DNA of 64,000 nt from Planctomycetota bacterium (GCA_038212275.1 JBBQUR010000002.1:128001-192000); one strand, 5' to 3'. Shown: positions 10,601 through 22,173, numbered from the stretch's first letter. The notes: generated from the letters alone by a model not told the origin. Numbers and translations: made by a program.

Positions 10601-13600
10601 GGAGATGCCGAAGGTCCACAGGCCGGGCTGGCCCAGCTCGCTGGCCGCGAGCGTGGCCGCGTCGGCCCGCAGCGAGGCGTCGACGTACAGCACGCGCGAC
10701 GCGAGTCGCTCGAAGAGCAGGGCGTCCTCGCTCGTGATCTCGAGGTGGCGCAGTCCGCTCCGTGCGTGCGTGAAGGCCAGCGCGAAGGTGCGGGAAGCGG
10801 CGACCGGGTCGTGGTACTTGCGCGCCAGCGCCTCCGCCGTCTCGCGATCGCTGGCGATGCCGGTCGCGAAGCACAGCCGCACCGACGCACCCGGCGCCAG
10901 GCGGATGCGCAGCCGCAGGCTCAGGATCGGGTCGAGCACGAAGCCGGTGGTGCCCGACAGCGCGCGGCCGTCGAGCGCTGCGGGCGAGCGCGTGTCGCGG
11001 CCGCGGCCGAGGAAGCGCGCCCGGTCGGTCTCCCATTCGACGGAGCTCTGCAGGCGGCCCTCGAGGCTGAGCACGTGCACGGCCCAGCGGCCCGGCTCGC
11101 GCGCGTCGCGCGGCCGCCGTTGGCACAGCAGCGCCGTGCTGTCCGGGAGGTACTCCGTGTGCAGGAAAAGCTTGCCGAAGGCCGGGTGCGCCAGGTCCTC
11201 CGCCTGCGCGGCGAGCACGACCTCCACGAGACTCGTCACGTCGATCTCGCGCACGCGCGGACCGTGATTCGACACGCGCAGCCGGCGCACCTCGATGTCG
11301 TCCTCGGTGGAGACCGCGACCTCGAGCTGGGTGGAGATGTCGCCGTCGCGGCGCCGGAAGGTCGCCTCCTCGGGACTGAACTCGACGAGGTAGTCGTCGG
11401 GCTCGTGCGCGGTGGGCAGGTAGGTCGCGGACCAGAGCGTGCCGTCGCGCACGTCGCGCAGGTAGATGCACGAGCCGCCCGGGTCGCAGGTCGCATCGCT
11501 TCGCGCGCGCGTGACCGCGAGGCCTGCGCTGAAGCTGCTCCCGCCGCCGGCGTTCGTGACCACCGTGACGAAGTTCCCGTTGGACAGGAACTGCGCGTGC
11601 GGAAACACGGTGTGCGGCGAGCGCACGCGCCGCACCGGCAGCGCGGGCAGCGGCGCCACCACGCGCATGTCGTCCAGCGGGCGCGGCTCGATCGCCGGGA
11701 CGTGCCGCGGCACGCGCTCCTGCAGCAGCAGCTCGGTGGCCTGCACGCGCGGATCGGCGTGAAAGCGCCGCGACATCGGCTCGCCGCACAGCGCGTTGCA
11801 GAGCGCGACGAGCGTCATCCCGGTGTGGTGAGCAAAGAAGGTCTGGACGACGACACCGACCTTGCCGTCGCCCGCCGGCGCGCCCTCGCGCGCCTCCGCG
11901 TCGCGCTGCGTGTAGTCGATCGACTCGAACAGGCCGTAACGGCCGGCCAGCCCTGCGGCCCCCAGGCGGCGCAGATTGGCGGCGCACTCCGCGGGCGCGA
12001 TGCTCGCGGCCAGCGCCGAGGCGTATGGGGCGACGACGAGGTCGTCCCCCAGCCCGCGCTTGAGCCCGAGGCCCGGCACGCCGAAGGCCTTGTACTGGTA
12101 GGTCTCGTGCCGGTCCACGACGTTGTATGCGCTCTCGGAGACGCCCCACGGCACGCCGCGCGCGTGCGCGTACTCCAGCTGCCGGCGCACGACCATGCGC
12201 GACGACTCATCGAGCAGCGTCTCGGGATAACTGCGCATGACGAGCCTCGGCATGAGGTACTCGAACATCGAGGCGCTCCACGACAGCAGCACCGGCGTGC
12301 CGTGTACGGTCGTCACCGAGCGGCCGAGGTGGAACCAGTGCGTCTGCGGCACGTCGCCCTTGGCAATGGCGAGGAAGCTCGCGACGCGTGCCTCCGACGC
12401 GAGCAGGTCGTAGAAGGACGCATCCGGGCGGCCCGGATTCTCCGCGTCGGCGAGCCGGTAGCCGATGGTGAAGAGCTTCCGCTCCGCATCGAAGAGGAAG
12501 CGGAAGTCCATGCGGTCGAACAGTTCGCCGGCGCGCGCGGCGAGCGCCGGCAGCCGGGCGTCATCGCCAAGCTCCGGCAGCGCCGAGGACAGCGTGAGCA
12601 GCGCGCTGGCCAGGTTGCCGCTGTCCACGGTCGACACGTATTTCGGGAGCAGCGGCTCGAGCGTGCGCGTGTCGTACCAGTTGAGCAGGTGGCCCTGGAA
12701 ATGCTCCAGCCCCTCCAGCGTGGACAGCGTCGCGTCGAGGCGCACGATGAGCGCCTCGGTGTCGATGAAGCGGAAGTCGTGCGCCGCGAGCGTGGCCAGC
12801 AGAGACATGCCGATGTTGGTCGGCGACGTGCGGTGCGCCACCGTCTCCTGCGGCACGAGCTGGATGTTGTCGGGCGGGAGGAAGTGGTCCTCGGGACCCA
12901 CCAGATCCCGGAAGTATTCCCAGGTCCGCAGCGCGAGCTCGCGCAGGAAGTCGCGATCCGCCTCGCTCAGCACCGTGGTGCGCACCGTGACCGGGAGGCT
13001 GAGCACGTACGCCAGGTACGGGGCGGCCAGCCACGCCGCCAGCAGCGGCCACGCCACGTGCAGCGCCGCAGGCTTCACCGCGAGCAGCAGGCCCAGCGAA
13101 GCCAGCGCGATGGCCGGGCTGGCGATCATCGTGCGCAGGAAGACTCCCACGCGCGGTTGGCCGACGCGATGCGCACTGGCGGCTGCCGTCTCCCACTCCA
13201 GCAGCCGGTGGTGCGTGAAGAACAGGCGGATCACCGTGACGAGGATCGCGTGCACCATGTCGGCCGCCTGGTGCGCGAGACAGGCCAGCTGGAGTGCGCC
13301 ACGCGCCGCCACCGGGCTCAGCTCATCGAAGCCGCCGCTCGCCCAGGCGCGCCACGTCTCGCCCGCCACCGGACCGGCCAGCGCACGCAGGAGCTGCAGC
13401 AGCACCGGCAGCGCGATCGGCGCGAGCACCATGGCGGTCCACGCCCACGGGCGCCCGGGCAGCAGCGTCCAGCCGCACAGAAGCGCGGCGATCGTCGCCG
13501 GCGCCGACAGGCTGCGGCGCAGGTTGTCGAGGATCTTCCAGCGCGCGATGAATGGCAGGCGGTTGCGCTCGATGCCATGGCGCGTGGGCACGAACGGGAA

Positions 13601-15949
13601 CAACCACCACAGGATCTGCCAGTCGCCCCGCACCCAGCGGTGCTGGCGGCGCGCGTGCGCGAGCACGCTGGCCGGATAGTCGTCCACGACCTCCACGTCG
13701 GTGACCAGCGCCGTGCGCGCATAGAGGCCCTCGAACAGGTCGTGCGAGAGCAGTGCGTTCTCCGGCACGCGCCCCGCGAGCGACGCGACGAAGGCGTCCA
13801 CGTCGTAGAGGCCCTTGCCGGTGTAGACACCCTCGTGGAACAGGTCCTGGTAGGTGTCGGAGACCGCCGTGGTGTAAGGGTCCACGCCGGTGTGGCCGGC
13901 GTAGGTGCGGGCGAAGAGCGAGCCGGCCGCGCTGGCCATGGTGACGCTCACGCGCGGCTGCAGGATGCCGTATCCCCCGGTCACGCGCCCCGCCACGCCG
14001 TCCACGTGCGGGCGGTTGAGCGGATGCTCGATGATGCCGATGAGTTCGCACGCCGCGTCGCGCGGCAGTCGCGTGTCCGAGTCGAGCGTGAGGCAGTAGC
14101 GCACCGACGGCAGGATGGACAGCTCGCCGACCTGCGTGGCGAAGCTCGTGTCGGTGGCGCCGCGCAGCAGCCGGTTGAACTCCTCGAGCTTGCCGCGCTT
14201 GCGCTCCCAGCCCATCCACGCGTGTTCGCGCTCGTTCCAGCGACGCTCGCGATGGAACAGGAAGAACCGGTCGGCGTGCGCCGGGCCGAAACGCCGGTTG
14301 AGGGCCTCGATGCCCGCGCGCGCCGCGTCGAGCAGCGCGGCGTCGCCGGGCAGCTGCGCCGAGTCCGCATCCACGAAGTCGCTCAGCAGCGCGAAATGGA
14401 TGCACGGATCCGTGTTGCCGAGCGCGAGCACCTCCAGATGTTCCAGCAGGTGCGCCACGCCCGACAGGTTCGTGAGCAGCGTCGGCACGACGACCATCGT
14501 GCGGGCGCTCGCGGGAATGCCCGTCTTGAAGCTCATGCGCGACAGGCGCCGCGGCGGGATCGCCCAGGCCGCGACGCGCTGCACGAGGCCGATGGCCAGG
14601 TCCGCGCAGGGCAGCAGCAGCAGCAGCGCGGCCAGCGCCATGGCGGACCGCGAGGCGCCGGCCTGCCACGCGTACCCGGCCGTCGCCGCGACCAGCAGCG
14701 CCGTCAGCAGACCGATGGGCAGCAGATACACGGGCGTCGGGTGCGCGAAGACGAAACGACGCAGCCGGCCTCGAAACTTCGGCCGACAGGCGACGTCCGC
14801 CTCGAGCCGGGCTCGCCCGCGGTCGATCAGGTGGTAGCCGACGTGCGTCGCAGCAGTCTGCGCCGCGACACTCTGCGCGGCCTGCCGTGCGCTCTCGATG
14901 GCGCGCAGCGCGACGCGCACCTGCGCCTCGCCCGTCGGCGCGGCCAGCTCCTCCACGGCCTGCCGCTGCCGGTCGCGGCTGAGGAAGTCCATCTGGCCGT
15001 AGGCGCCCGCCGGATCGCGCTGCAGCACGCGCTCCACGAGACTGACGGACTCCACGTACTTCGGCCAGTCGAGCACGGAACACAGCCGCAGGCTGGTGAT
15101 GGCGTTGGCCACCGACACCTGCGTGGCCGCCTGGCGCTGGTGCTCGCTGCGCACCTCGTCCTCCGCGGTCGCGTGCCGCGACGCCAGGTGCGCGTCGATC
15201 GCCGTGCGCACCGAGGCAAGACGCGGCCCGTACTCGCGCAGACGGTGCAGCAGCTGGACGACATACGCGGCGCCGGGCGACACCGGCAGCGAGCACGCCA
15301 GAAAGCCGCCCGCGCTCTCCAACCGCGACACGTATCCGTCCGCGGCCAGGCGCTGCCTGCGCGACTCCGTGATGCCGTCCGAGAGGCGCCGCAGGTTTTC
15401 GACGAGCGCAAGCCGCAGCATGCTCGGCCACGCCCACAGCTCGCCGATGGTGAGCGGCGCCACGCGCTGGTAGCTCTCCACGAAGAGCGTGAGTTGCTGC
15501 AGCGTCAGCCGGCTGTCGCTGTGCCGCAGCAGCTCCACCGCCATGGCATAGATGCGCGCTTCTCCGTCGTGCTCGCGCGAGGCGAGTCGCGTTAGCTCCC
15601 GGTAGTAGGTTCGCGGCAGGTTGCGCCGCACGTCCCGGATCTCGGAGGACAGCAGGTGGAAGTTGTCCAGCAGCCACTCGGCCGCCGGCGTGACGAAGCG
15701 GGAGGCGCGCACGTCGGACGCCAGCGTGAGGTAGGCCTCACGCAGGACCCGGGCGTTGTCCTCGAAGCGCGGGAAGATGTCGCGCGCGCGGCGCTCGGCA
15801 TCCAGCGTGAAGCTGGCGCCCAGCGACAGCGCACGCTCCTCGAGCCGCTCCATGCTGAGCAGTTCGTCGCGGAAGGGCTTGTCCGGTTCCGGCGCGCTCC
15901 CGCCCAGCAATCGTCGGAGGGCTCGAATCAAGGCAGCCTCCCGGGACAT
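7610..15949 (-). CDS. ndvB: Cyclic beta-1,2-glucan synthase (NdvB/Cgs type; GT84, cyclisation domain, GH94 phosphorylase)
   Basis: [93 protein letters not shown]; about 2780 aa from ATG 15949 (track start 16075). Confidence 0.93.
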   Translation of the reverse strand: MSREAALIRALRRLLGGSAPEPDKPFRDELLSMERLEERALSLGASFTLDAERRARDIFPRFEDNARVLREAYLTLASDVRASRFVTPAAEWLLDNFHLLSSEIRDVRRNLPRTYYRELTRLASREHDGEARIYAMAVELLRHSDSRLTLQQLTLFVESYQRVAPLTIGELWAWPSMLRLALVENLRRLSDGITESRRQRLAADGYVSRLESAGGFLACSLPVSPGAAYVVQLLHRLREYGPRLASVRTAIDAHLASRHATAEDEVRSEHQRQAATQVSVANAITSLRLCSVLDWPKYVESVSLVERVLQRDPAGAYGQMDFLSRDRQRQAVEELAAPTGEAQVRVALRAIESARQAAQSVAAQTAATHVGYHLIDRGRARLEADVACRPKFRGRLRRFVFAHPTPVYLLPIGLLTALLVAATAGYAWQAGASRSAMALAALLLLLPCADLAIGLVQRVAAWAIPPRRLSRMSFKTGIPASARTMVVVPTLLTNLSGVAHLLEHLEVLALGNTDPCIHFALLSDFVDADSAQLPGDAALLDAARAGIEALNRRFGPAHADRFFLFHRERRWNEREHAWMGWERKRGKLEEFNRLLRGATDTSFATQVGELSILPSVRYCLTLDSDTRLPRDAACELIGIIEHPLNRPHVDGVAGRVTGGYGILQPRVSVTMASAAGSLFARTYAGHTGVDPYTTAVSDTYQDLFHEGVYTGKGLYDVDAFVASLAGRVPENALLSHDLFEGLYARTALVTDVEVVDDYPASVLAHARRQHRWVRGDWQILWWLFPFVPTRHGIERNRLPFIARWKILDNLRRSLSAPATIAALLCGWTLLPGRPWAWTAMVLAPIALPVLLQLLRALAGPVAGETWRAWASGGFDELSPVAARGALQLACLAHQAADMVHAILVTVIRLFFTHHRLLEWETAAASAHRVGQPRVGVFLRTMIASPAIALASLGLLLAVKPAALHVAWPLLAAWLAAPYLAYVLSLPVTVRTTVLSEADRDFLRELALRTWEYFRDLVGPEDHFLPPDNIQLVPQETVAHRTSPTNIGMSLLATLAAHDFRFIDTEALIVRLDATLSTLEGLEHFQGHLLNWYDTRTLEPLLPKYVSTVDSGNLASALLTLSSALPELGDDARLPALAARAGELFDRMDFRFLFDAERKLFTIGYRLADAENPGRPDASFYDLLASEARVASFLAIAKGDVPQTHWFHLGRSVTTVHGTPVLLSWSASMFEYLMPRLVMRSYPETLLDESSRMVVRRQLEYAHARGVPWGVSESAYNVVDRHETYQYKAFGVPGLGLKRGLGDDLVVAPYASALAASIAPAECAANLRRLGAAGLAGRYGLFESIDYTQRDAEAREGAPAGDGKVGVVVQTFFAHHTGMTLVALCNALCGEPMSRRFHADPRVQATELLLQERVPRHVPAIEPRPLDDMRVVAPLPALPVRRVRSPHTVFPHAQFLSNGNFVTVVTNAGGGSSFSAGLAVTRARSDATCDPGGSCIYLRDVRDGTLWSATYLPTAHEPDDYLVEFSPEEATFRRRDGDISTQLEVAVSTEDDIEVRRLRVSNHGPRVREIDVTSLVEVVLAAQAEDLAHPAFGKLFLHTEYLPDSTALLCQRRPRDAREPGRWAVHVLSLEGRLQSSVEWETDRARFLGRGRDTRSPAALDGRALSGTTGFVLDPILSLRLRIRLAPGASVRLCFATGIASDRETAEALARKYHDPVAASRTFALAFTHARSGLRHLEITSEDALLFERLASRVLYVDASLRADAATLAASELGQPGLWTFGISGDLPILLVRVVEDDDLSLVRQVLQAQEYWRLKGLVADVVVLNEHPLGYMDEVHAQLTGLLDNGPWRSSRHRPGGAYLLRADRMSGAERTLLKAVARAVLSGDRGNLRAQLDRLHEPDGIATAAAFEPLFQPLPAPAPSFTSLITSGGMPARAGSRDGARNGARDGGPGEADAPAPDLMLPNGRGGFTDGGRAYTIVLRGAEETPLPWVNVLANPEFGTLVTASGAAHTWAHNSRENRLTSFTNDPVTDGSAEALFVRDESTGQAWSPTPGPMERAADDGPIVIRHAPGVTRFSRTTRGIGHELVVFVDAIEPLKHSLLTLTNTDSVTRQLSVYAYNDWILGPPREGQRLHVLTSRDEATGAVFAQSAYNDDFAGHVAFAFSSEAPASATGDRRSFIGRNGTLSHPAALERATLSEGFGAGLDPCAALQVSVELAPGASHTLLFLLGQGRDAAHARRLLGRHGNVDAARDALAAVEASWNRTLGAIQVRTPDDSFDLLMNGWLLYQSVSCRLWARTGFYQPGGAFGFRDQLQDVLALLSTRPDLTREHLLRAAARQFVEGDVQHWWHEPSGRGLRSRCSDDLLWLPYAVAEYVRTTGDTAVLDEVLPFLEAPPLAADAHEAYGQPTVSAVCGTLYEHCVRAIDKGLTSGAHGLPLFGAGDWNDGMNRVGAEGRGESTWLGMFLHEVLARFVPLCDERAERPRAGRYRNELQRLAAALEQSWDGEWYRRGYYDDGSPLGSQQNDECRIDSLSQSWAVLTGAVPVRFAERGLDAVRAALVARGPQLVLLLTPPFDVSAQEPGYIKGYPPGVRENGGQYTHAAVWFLMAVAKLGSGDEAVELFHMLNPVNHTRTPEDVERYKAEPYVVAGDVYARAPHVGRGGWSWYTGSAGWLYRAGLESILGLQLRGDTFSIDPCIPSTWPGFELTWVHRGTRHEITVTNPERRCRGVATTTLDGVSVPATAIPCVQDGGRHVVHVVLGDWLPTGKPQQGHAAIGASP

Positions 15950-16221
15950 CGCGGAGCGAGCACGGAGCCACGCTGGCTCCGCAGCCCACGCATCCACATA
16001 GCAAGCCGCATGCCAAAGCCTGCGTGCCCCCGCACCGTTCGGCACGACGCGCGTGGGACCGGATGCCGGCGTCACGCGGCACCGACCGCCGCAGGTGCGT
16101 GGCGCCGCATCCCGACCGCACGCGGGTTCTACAAATCACTGCGCGCGTTGTCGCGGGCCCCCGGATCCCACCGTGCCGCCGGGGACGGCGAGGGGCGCGG
16201 CTCTCCGCACACTCTCTCGAT

Positions 16222-17910
16222 TCACGCCTTCCGCTGCGCTTCGGTCGGCGAACGACCCGCGCCCTGAGCCACGGCCAGCGCGGCGGTCACAATCCTCCGC
16301 GCTTCCTCGGCGATGCTGCGCAGGTGCGCCGCGTCGGCAAAGCTCTCGGCGTAGATCTTGTAGATGGCCTCGGTGCCGGACGGGCGCGCCGCGAACCATC
16401 CGCTTCGCGTCACCACCTTCACTCCGCCGAGAGAAGCCTTGTTCCCCGGAGCGCTGGTGAGAATGGCTTCGATCGGTTCGCCGGCCAGTTCCTCGAGTTC
16501 AATCTGCGCCGGCGACAGCTTCGCCAGCAGCTTCTTCTCGTCCGGCGTGACCGGAGCCTCCGTGCGATCCTGGAAGGGCTCGCCCAGGTCGCGGGTCAGG
16601 CTGCGGTAGATCGAGCCGGGGTCCTCGCCCGCGCGCGCCGTGATCTCCGCGGCGAGCAGACAGGGGATGAAGCCGTCCTTGTCGGTCGTCCACACGCGAC
16701 CGTCCCGCCGGAGGAAGGACGCGCCCGCGCTCTCTTCGCCCCCGAAGCCCAGCGAGCCGTCGAGCAGGCCGTCCACGAACCATTTGAAGCCCACCGGCAC
16801 CTCGAAGAGGCTGCGGCCGAGGCGCCTGGTCACGCGATCGATCATCGAACTGCTGACCATCGTCTTGCCGACCGCTGCGGTGACGGGCCACCCCGGGCGA
16901 TTCCGGAAGAGCTGGTCGATCGCCACGGGAAGAAAGTGATTGGGCGGGAGGAGTCCGTCGCCGGGTGTGACGATGCCGTGCCGATCATGGTCGGTGTCGC
17001 ACGCGAACGAGAGATCGAAGCGGTCCTTCATCCCGATGAGGCGTGCCATCGCATGAGGCGAGGATGGGTCCATGCGGATCTGGCCGTCCCAATCCACGGT
17101 CATGAAGCGGAAGGTGGGATCGACCGCGTCGTTGACGACGGTCAGGTCCAGCCCGTGGCGCTCCGCGATCCGCGCCCAGTAATGGACGCCGGCGCCGCCC
17201 AGCGGATCGACGCCAAGCCGGAGCCCTGCGCCGCGGATGAGGTCCATGTCGACGACATGGCCGAGGTCGTCGATGTAGCCGGAGAGATAATCGTGCCGGT
17301 GCGTCGTCGCCGCGCGCAGCGCCTGCTCGTGGGGCACGCGTTTCACGTCCGCAAGCCGGGCTTCGAGCAGCGCGTTGGCGTGCGCCTCGATCCACTCCGT
17401 GATGGCTGCCTCTGCCGGTCCGCCGTGCGGCGGGTTGTACTTGAAGCCGCCGTCATGCGGCGGATTGTGCGACGGCGTGATGATGATGCCGTCGGCGAAC
17501 CCGTCGTGTCGCCCGCGGTTGAAGGCCAGGATCGCGTGCGAGATCACCGGAGTGGGCGTGTATTCGTCCGCTTCGGCGAGCATCACGTCGACGGAGTTCG
17601 CCGCCAGGACCTCCAGCGCCGTGGCGCAGGCCGGGACCGACAGCGCATGCGTGTCCATGCCCAGGAAAAGCGGGCCGGTGATCGCGTGGCTTGCGCGGTA
17701 GCGGCAGATCGCCTGCGTGATCGCGACGATGTGCGCTTCATTGAAGGCCCGGTTGAACGACGAGCCGCGATGCCCCGAGGTACCGAACGCCACGCGCTGC
17801 GCCGGCACGCCAGGGTCGGGCCGGTCCGTGAAATACGCGCTGATGAGCCGCGGCACGTCGACCAGGATTCCGGCCGGCGCCGGCTTGCCGGCCAGCAGGC
17901 TGATGTTCAT
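16222..17910 (-). CDS. pgm: Phosphoglucomutase, alpha-D-glucose-phosphate specific
   Basis: FGTSGHRGS, TPSHNPP, CDTDHDRHG, GGEESAGASF, RPSGTE. Confidence 0.95.
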   Translation of the reverse strand: MNISLLAGKPAPAGILVDVPRLISAYFTDRPDPGVPAQRVAFGTSGHRGSSFNRAFNEAHIVAITQAICRYRASHAITGPLFLGMDTHALSVPACATALEVLAANSVDVMLAEADEYTPTPVISHAILAFNRGRHDGFADGIIITPSHNPPHDGGFKYNPPHGGPAEAAITEWIEAHANALLEARLADVKRVPHEQALRAATTHRHDYLSGYIDDLGHVVDMDLIRGAGLRLGVDPLGGAGVHYWARIAERHGLDLTVVNDAVDPTFRFMTVDWDGQIRMDPSSPHAMARLIGMKDRFDLSFACDTDHDRHGIVTPGDGLLPPNHFLPVAIDQLFRNRPGWPVTAAVGKTMVSSSMIDRVTRRLGRSLFEVPVGFKWFVDGLLDGSLGFGGEESAGASFLRRDGRVWTTDKDGFIPCLLAAEITARAGEDPGSIYRSLTRDLGEPFQDRTEAPVTPDEKKLLAKLSPAQIELEELAGEPIEAILTSAPGNKASLGGVKVVTRSGWFAARPSGTEAIYKIYAESFADAAHLRSIAEEARRIVTAALAVAQGAGRSPTEAQRKA

Positions 17911-18152
17911 GGCTTTCCTTTCTCCGGCGCACCCTGAAGGGCTGCCGGCTTCGTCGTCAGGTCTCGGTTCAGCACGATACCTGCATGGCCGCCTGCGCCG
18001 GCCTCAACCTCTACTCCGCATCAGTTCTCGCTACCCACACGAATGCCTGAAGACCCGAACAATGTAGGCAGTCGCTTACGGGCCCGCGTTCCGCGGCATG
18101 CTGAATCCACGCGCGCAGTCCCGCTGGAGTCGGAGCCGAAGCTGAAGCTGAA

Positions 18153-18282
18153 GCTCGCGCTGCAGCGCGACGTGCGCGACGTGCGCGACGTGCGCGACGT
18201 GCGCGAGGTGCGCGACTTCCGCGACCGCTTCACGCTGCACTGGCTGCCCGGGCTGGGCGGGAGCAGCGCCGGCGCGCCGTGA
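18153..18282 (+). repeat. Direct repeat A, copy 2: orphan gene 3' end with an expanded 9-bp tandem (GTGCGCGAC-type, about 6 units)
   Basis: Encodes LALQRDVRDVRDVRDVREVRDFRDRFTLHWLPGLGGSSAGAP* with no convincing 5' part; preceded by (AAGCTG)x2-3. Confidence 0.88.
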
Positions 18283-18300
18283 GCGGCCGGGGTCGCGGCT

Positions 18301-19179
18301 TCAGACGGGGTCTTCGCCGGGTGTCGTCGGCGCGGCTGCGTCCGGCGCAACGAGTTGCACCGGGATCTGCACCTCGAACCACTTCTTCCCGTCACGGACG
18401 TCGGGGCCGTTGTAGTTGAGCACGCGGATGGGACCGGCGGGCTCCAGCGCCGGAAGCGCGAGCAGCGCGCTGCGCAGCGTCGCCAGGACCTGCAAGGCAG
18501 ACTTCAAGCCGTAGCTCCCGAGCGCCCCGGCCGAGAGGTAGACGCGCGGCACCGAATCGATCACGGTGACGTCGCCGTCGCGTTCCGTCGCTCCCAGATC
18601 CTTGTCGCGATAGAGGAAGGCCATGCTCCAGGAGCCGTCTTCCAACTCGCCGTCCAGCGCGAGGCCGCCGTAGTCCATCTCGACGGGCGCGGTCATCGCG
18701 ATGTCCTTCGACTGGATGTGGCGAAACAGCTTGAAGAAGCCGACGTTGGAGGCGAGGTCGGGGGCCATCGAGCCGGTGACCTCGGCGCGGCGCACGCTCG
18801 AGTAGGCCTTGAGCTCGAGGGCGCCAGGCGCGGTCGGGCGCGGATAGCCGACGGGCAGCGGCGTCGTGATGCGGCCATCGCCGCAGATCCACAAGTCGGC
18901 GCCGATGCGCGACACCTCCAGCAGCGGCTTGCGGCCGACGGGGATCACGTCGCCGGGTTCCGGCAGGGCGTCCGCGGCGTACACGACGACTGTGTGCGCG
19001 GTGGCGGGCTCGTGGGGCACGGCATCGGGCGGCGATCCCTGCGCGCAGGCCGCGGTGGCAGTCAGCGCCACGGTCAGGGTCATGACGAGGCCGCGGCACC
19101 GCGGCGGTGCGCCACGAAAACGAAGCCCGTCAACCGGAGGGCACGAGGACGGTGAAGAAGAAGCGGGATTCACGTTCAT
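18301..19179 (-). CDS. SOUL heme-binding family protein (start possibly ~19084)
   Basis: GFFKLFRHIQSKDIAMTAPVEM, SMAFLY, YNGP...WFEVQIPV. Confidence 0.8.
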   Translation of the reverse strand: MNVNPASSSPSSCPPVDGLRFRGAPPRCRGLVMTLTVALTATAACAQGSPPDAVPHEPATAHTVVVYAADALPEPGDVIPVGRKPLLEVSRIGADLWICGDGRITTPLPVGYPRPTAPGALELKAYSSVRRAEVTGSMAPDLASNVGFFKLFRHIQSKDIAMTAPVEMDYGGLALDGELEDGSWSMAFLYRDKDLGATERDGDVTVIDSVPRVYLSAGALGSYGLKSALQVLATLRSALLALPALEPAGPIRVLNYNGPDVRDGKKWFEVQIPVQLVAPDAAAPTTPGEDPV

Positions 19180-19258
19180 GGAGCGCTCCGGAGAGGGAAG
19201 TCCCGGCCCGCCGCACGAGGCGGCGGGCCGGGTGTCGAGGCGATCGAGGCGCAGAGAA

Positions 19259-20155
19259 TCAGCGCGGAAGCAGAACGGTGTCGATCACGTGGATGATGCC
19301 GTTCGAGGCATTCACGTCAGCCGTGATGATCTGCGCGCCGTTGACGGCGAGTCCGCCGTCCTTCGCCGTGAAGGCGAGCGTGCCGCCCTGCAGACTCTTG
19401 GCGGACTTGGCCGCCGCCGCTCCGGTGGAGTCCACCCTGCCCGCGACGACGTGCAGCTTGAGGATGCCGGCGAGCTTCTCCTTGTTCTCCGGCTTGAGCA
19501 GCCCTTCGACGGTGCCCGCCGGGAGCTTGGCAAAGGCGGCATCGGTCGGGGCAAAGACGGTGAAGGGACCGCCGTCCGAAAGGGTCTCGGCCAGGCCCGC
19601 GGCCTTCGCGGCAGCGAGCAGCGTGGCGAACTGGCCTGCAGCAGCGGCCACCTCGACCACGTTCTCGTCGCTCGGCATCAGGACCTGATCGATGACGTGG
19701 ATGACGCCGTTGCTGGCCATCACGTCCGCCGTCAGCACCAGCGCGCCGTTCACGGAGACGGCGCCGCCGTCCGCCTTGAACGCGAGGCGCTCACCCTGGA
19801 GCGTCATCGCGCCGGTCTGCTTGGTGACCATCGCGGCGTCCAGCTTCCCGGGGACGACGTGGTACGTGAGGATCGCCACGAGCTTCGCCTTGTTCTCGGG
19901 CTTCAGGAGTTCCTCGACCGTGCCCCGCGGGAGCTTGGCAAAGGCTTCGTCTGTCGGCGCGAAGACGGTCAGCGGGCCGTCGGCCTTGAGGGCATCGACG
20001 AGGCCCGCGGCCTTCACGGCGGTGACGAGGGTGGTGAAATTGCCGGCACCAGCGGCGGTGTCGACGATGTCCTTGCGCTCCTGGGCTGACGCCGGACCGG
20101 AGAGCAGCGCCATGGAACCGAGCAGCGCAAACGAGATGAGTGATGGGGCATGCAT
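19259..20155 (-). CDS. Secreted fasciclin (FAS1) protein with two domains
   Basis: Signal peptide; [20 protein letters not shown] and [26 protein letters not shown]. Confidence 0.93.
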   Translation of the reverse strand: MHAPSLISFALLGSMALLSGPASAQERKDIVDTAAGAGNFTTLVTAVKAAGLVDALKADGPLTVFAPTDEAFAKLPRGTVEELLKPENKAKLVAILTYHVVPGKLDAAMVTKQTGAMTLQGERLAFKADGGAVSVNGALVLTADVMASNGVIHVIDQVLMPSDENVVEVAAAAGQFATLLAAAKAAGLAETLSDGGPFTVFAPTDAAFAKLPAGTVEGLLKPENKEKLAGILKLHVVAGRVDSTGAAAAKSAKSLQGGTLAFTAKDGGLAVNGAQIITADVNASNGIIHVIDTVLLPR

Positions 20156-20233
20156 GATGATTTCAGGTCTCCTCTGGGACTCGATCCGGCGCTTTCGGGC
20201 ACGGGGATCGACGTCTTGGTTGTCGGATTGAAA

Positions 20234-20259
20234 CGTTCATACCGTTCATAGCATTCGAA
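20234..20259. promoter_or_regulatory. Candidate operator: 9-bp-period direct repeats CGTTCATA, CGTTCATA, CATTCGAA in the divergent intergenic region
   Basis: Seen in an AT-rich spacer between the fasciclin gene and the MerR/B12 regulator. Confidence 0.4.
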
Positions 20260-20356
20260 CCTGCCGGCGCCAGCCCGGCTTCGCTATTCCATGTTTTGCA
20301 GACTATGTGGCCATTGAGGCATGGCCTCCCCCGGCCTATAAACGGTCAAAGCAACC

Positions 20357-21235
20357 ATGATCAACGAGCCACCCAAGCCCTATCTGAGCCCGGCGGAGCT
20401 TGCCGAGGTGCTGGGCCTGTCGGTCTCCACACTCAAGCGCTGGACCGACAAGGGCCTCCTGAGGGTGGAGCGCACGGCAGGCGGGCACCGTCGGATCGCC
20501 ACTCACGAGGCCCTCCGCTTCGTGCGCGAGTCGGGCCTCAAGCCCGTCCTGCCGCAGCGGCTCGGCCTCAGACTCTCGGGACTGGCCTCTGCAGAGGATG
20601 GCGCGAGTCCCGAGGCTGTCGCGAGCGCCGACGCGCACCTCGGCCAACTGCTGCTCTCGGGCAGCTCCGACGAGGCGCGGCGTTGCCTCGTGGCCGCGTT
20701 CGTGGGCGGGGTGCCGGCAGCCGTGCTGGGCGATGCCTGGGTGCGGCCGGGACTCGAGCGCGTCGGCGAACTCTGCATGCATGGACCCGACGGCATCGCC
20801 ATCGAGCACCAGGCCAGCGACGCGATCATGCGCGCCCTCGCCGAGATGCGCGCGCTCGTCGAGCCGGCGGCCAGCGCGCCGATCGCGATCGGGTGCTCGC
20901 CAGCGGGCGACCCCTACGTGATTCCCTCGGCGCTCGCGGATCTCGTGCTCGCCGTGAGCGGCTTCCGGAGCACGAGCCTCGGTGCGGACCTGCCGCGACC
21001 CGCGTTGCTGGCAGCCGTGGCGCGGATGCAACCCCGGCTCGTCTGGCTCAGCGTCTCGGTCGACGAAGCCGAGGGATGCGGGCGCGCCGCACTCGAACGC
21101 CTGGCGGCGACCCTCGGCGAGCGGGGTGCTGCCCTCGTCATCGGCGGGCGCGCGGCACCCGAACACGTCACCGGCGCGACGATGTTGCGCGACCTCGGCG
21201 CCCTGCAAGCCTTCTCGCGCGGCCTGCTCTCCTGA
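20357..21235 (+). CDS. MerR/excisionase-type HTH regulator with cobalamin-binding-like domain (CarH/LitR-like)
   Basis: LSPAELAEVLGLSVSTLKRW...RTAGGHRRI; EH in the helical bundle; Rossmann part SLGADLP...LVWLSVS...LVIGG. Confidence 0.8.
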   Translation: MINEPPKPYLSPAELAEVLGLSVSTLKRWTDKGLLRVERTAGGHRRIATHEALRFVRESGLKPVLPQRLGLRLSGLASAEDGASPEAVASADAHLGQLLLSGSSDEARRCLVAAFVGGVPAAVLGDAWVRPGLERVGELCMHGPDGIAIEHQASDAIMRALAEMRALVEPAASAPIAIGCSPAGDPYVIPSALADLVLAVSGFRSTSLGADLPRPALLAAVARMQPRLVWLSVSVDEAEGCGRAALERLAATLGERGAALVIGGRAAPEHVTGATMLRDLGALQAFSRGLLS

Positions 21236-21383
21236 CGGCGACGTCGCGCAGCGCTCAACCCCGGAACCGGAACCTGCGCTGGACAGGAGAGGGCAGCGAG
21301 CGCACGTTGCTCCGCGAGACACACCATGAGCAGGTCGACATGCCGTCAGCACCCACTCCGAGCCCGCTTCAGGACACATCACG

Positions 21384-22049
21384 ATGAACACCCGGGACGC
21401 GCTCTCGAAGCTGAAAGCACTGGGCAACGCCAGCGTGCTCGCGCGGAACAAGCGGAACGGCGCCGGCGACAACCAGTTCGGCGTCCAGCTCGGCGACATC
21501 CGCAAGCTGGCGACGACGATCAAGGCCAACCACGAGTTGGGGCTGGCGCTCTGGGAAACCGGGAACATCGACGCCGGGCTGCTGGCGGTGCTCCTGATCA
21601 CTCCGAAGAAGCTGTCGGGCAAGGAGCTCGATGCCATGGTGCGGTCTGCCACGTTCCCGCAGCTCGCCGACTGGCTCAACGCCTACGTCGTCAAGCAGCA
21701 CCCCGACAAGGAGGCGATGCGCGAGAAGTGGATGCAGGCGAAAGATCCCATGGCCGCCCGCGCCGGCTGGAACCTGACCGCCGAGCGCGTCGCGAGGCAG
21801 CCCGACGGTCTCGATCTCACGGCGCTCCTCGATCGCATCGAGTCCGAGATGGCAACAGCGCATCCAGCAACCCAGTGGACGATGAACAGTTGCCTCGCCC
21901 AGATCGGTATCGAGTTTCCGGCCCACCGCAAGCGCGCCCTCGCGCTTGGCGAGTCGCTGGGGATCTACCGCGACTTCCCCGTCTCGAAAGGTTGCACGTC
22001 GCCCTTCGCGCCGATCTGGATCGGGGAGATGGTGAGGCGGCAGGCTTGA
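21384..22049 (+). CDS. DNA alkylation repair protein (AlkD-like)
   Basis: NQFGVQLGDIRKLA, LWETGNIDA, QWTMNSCLAQIGI, KGCTSPFAPIWI. Confidence 0.85.
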   Translation: MNTRDALSKLKALGNASVLARNKRNGAGDNQFGVQLGDIRKLATTIKANHELGLALWETGNIDAGLLAVLLITPKKLSGKELDAMVRSATFPQLADWLNAYVVKQHPDKEAMREKWMQAKDPMAARAGWNLTAERVARQPDGLDLTALLDRIESEMATAHPATQWTMNSCLAQIGIEFPAHRKRALALGESLGIYRDFPVSKGCTSPFAPIWIGEMVRRQA

Positions 22050-22173
22050 GTCACCGCCGCATGTCTCTCCATCTCACCTTGCTAAGATCAAGTCGCTCGC
22101 CCGTGGCCTGCCGCGATGCCACCGTCGTAACGACTCAGGCATCACTCCAGCAGCTCGGATCGCCCTGTGCGGC

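Noticed and set aside
10259..15595. 1778-aa plus-strand ORF and other very long antisense ORFs (28227-31262, 42557-45799, 61884-63929)
   Set aside because: Shadow frames of real high-GC genes on the opposite strand; no motifs and Arg/Ala/Gly-biased composition.
18043..18282. 79-aa ORF as an independent gene
   Set aside because: The N-terminal half looks non-coding; the C-terminal half is the duplicated tail of the gene at the window start.
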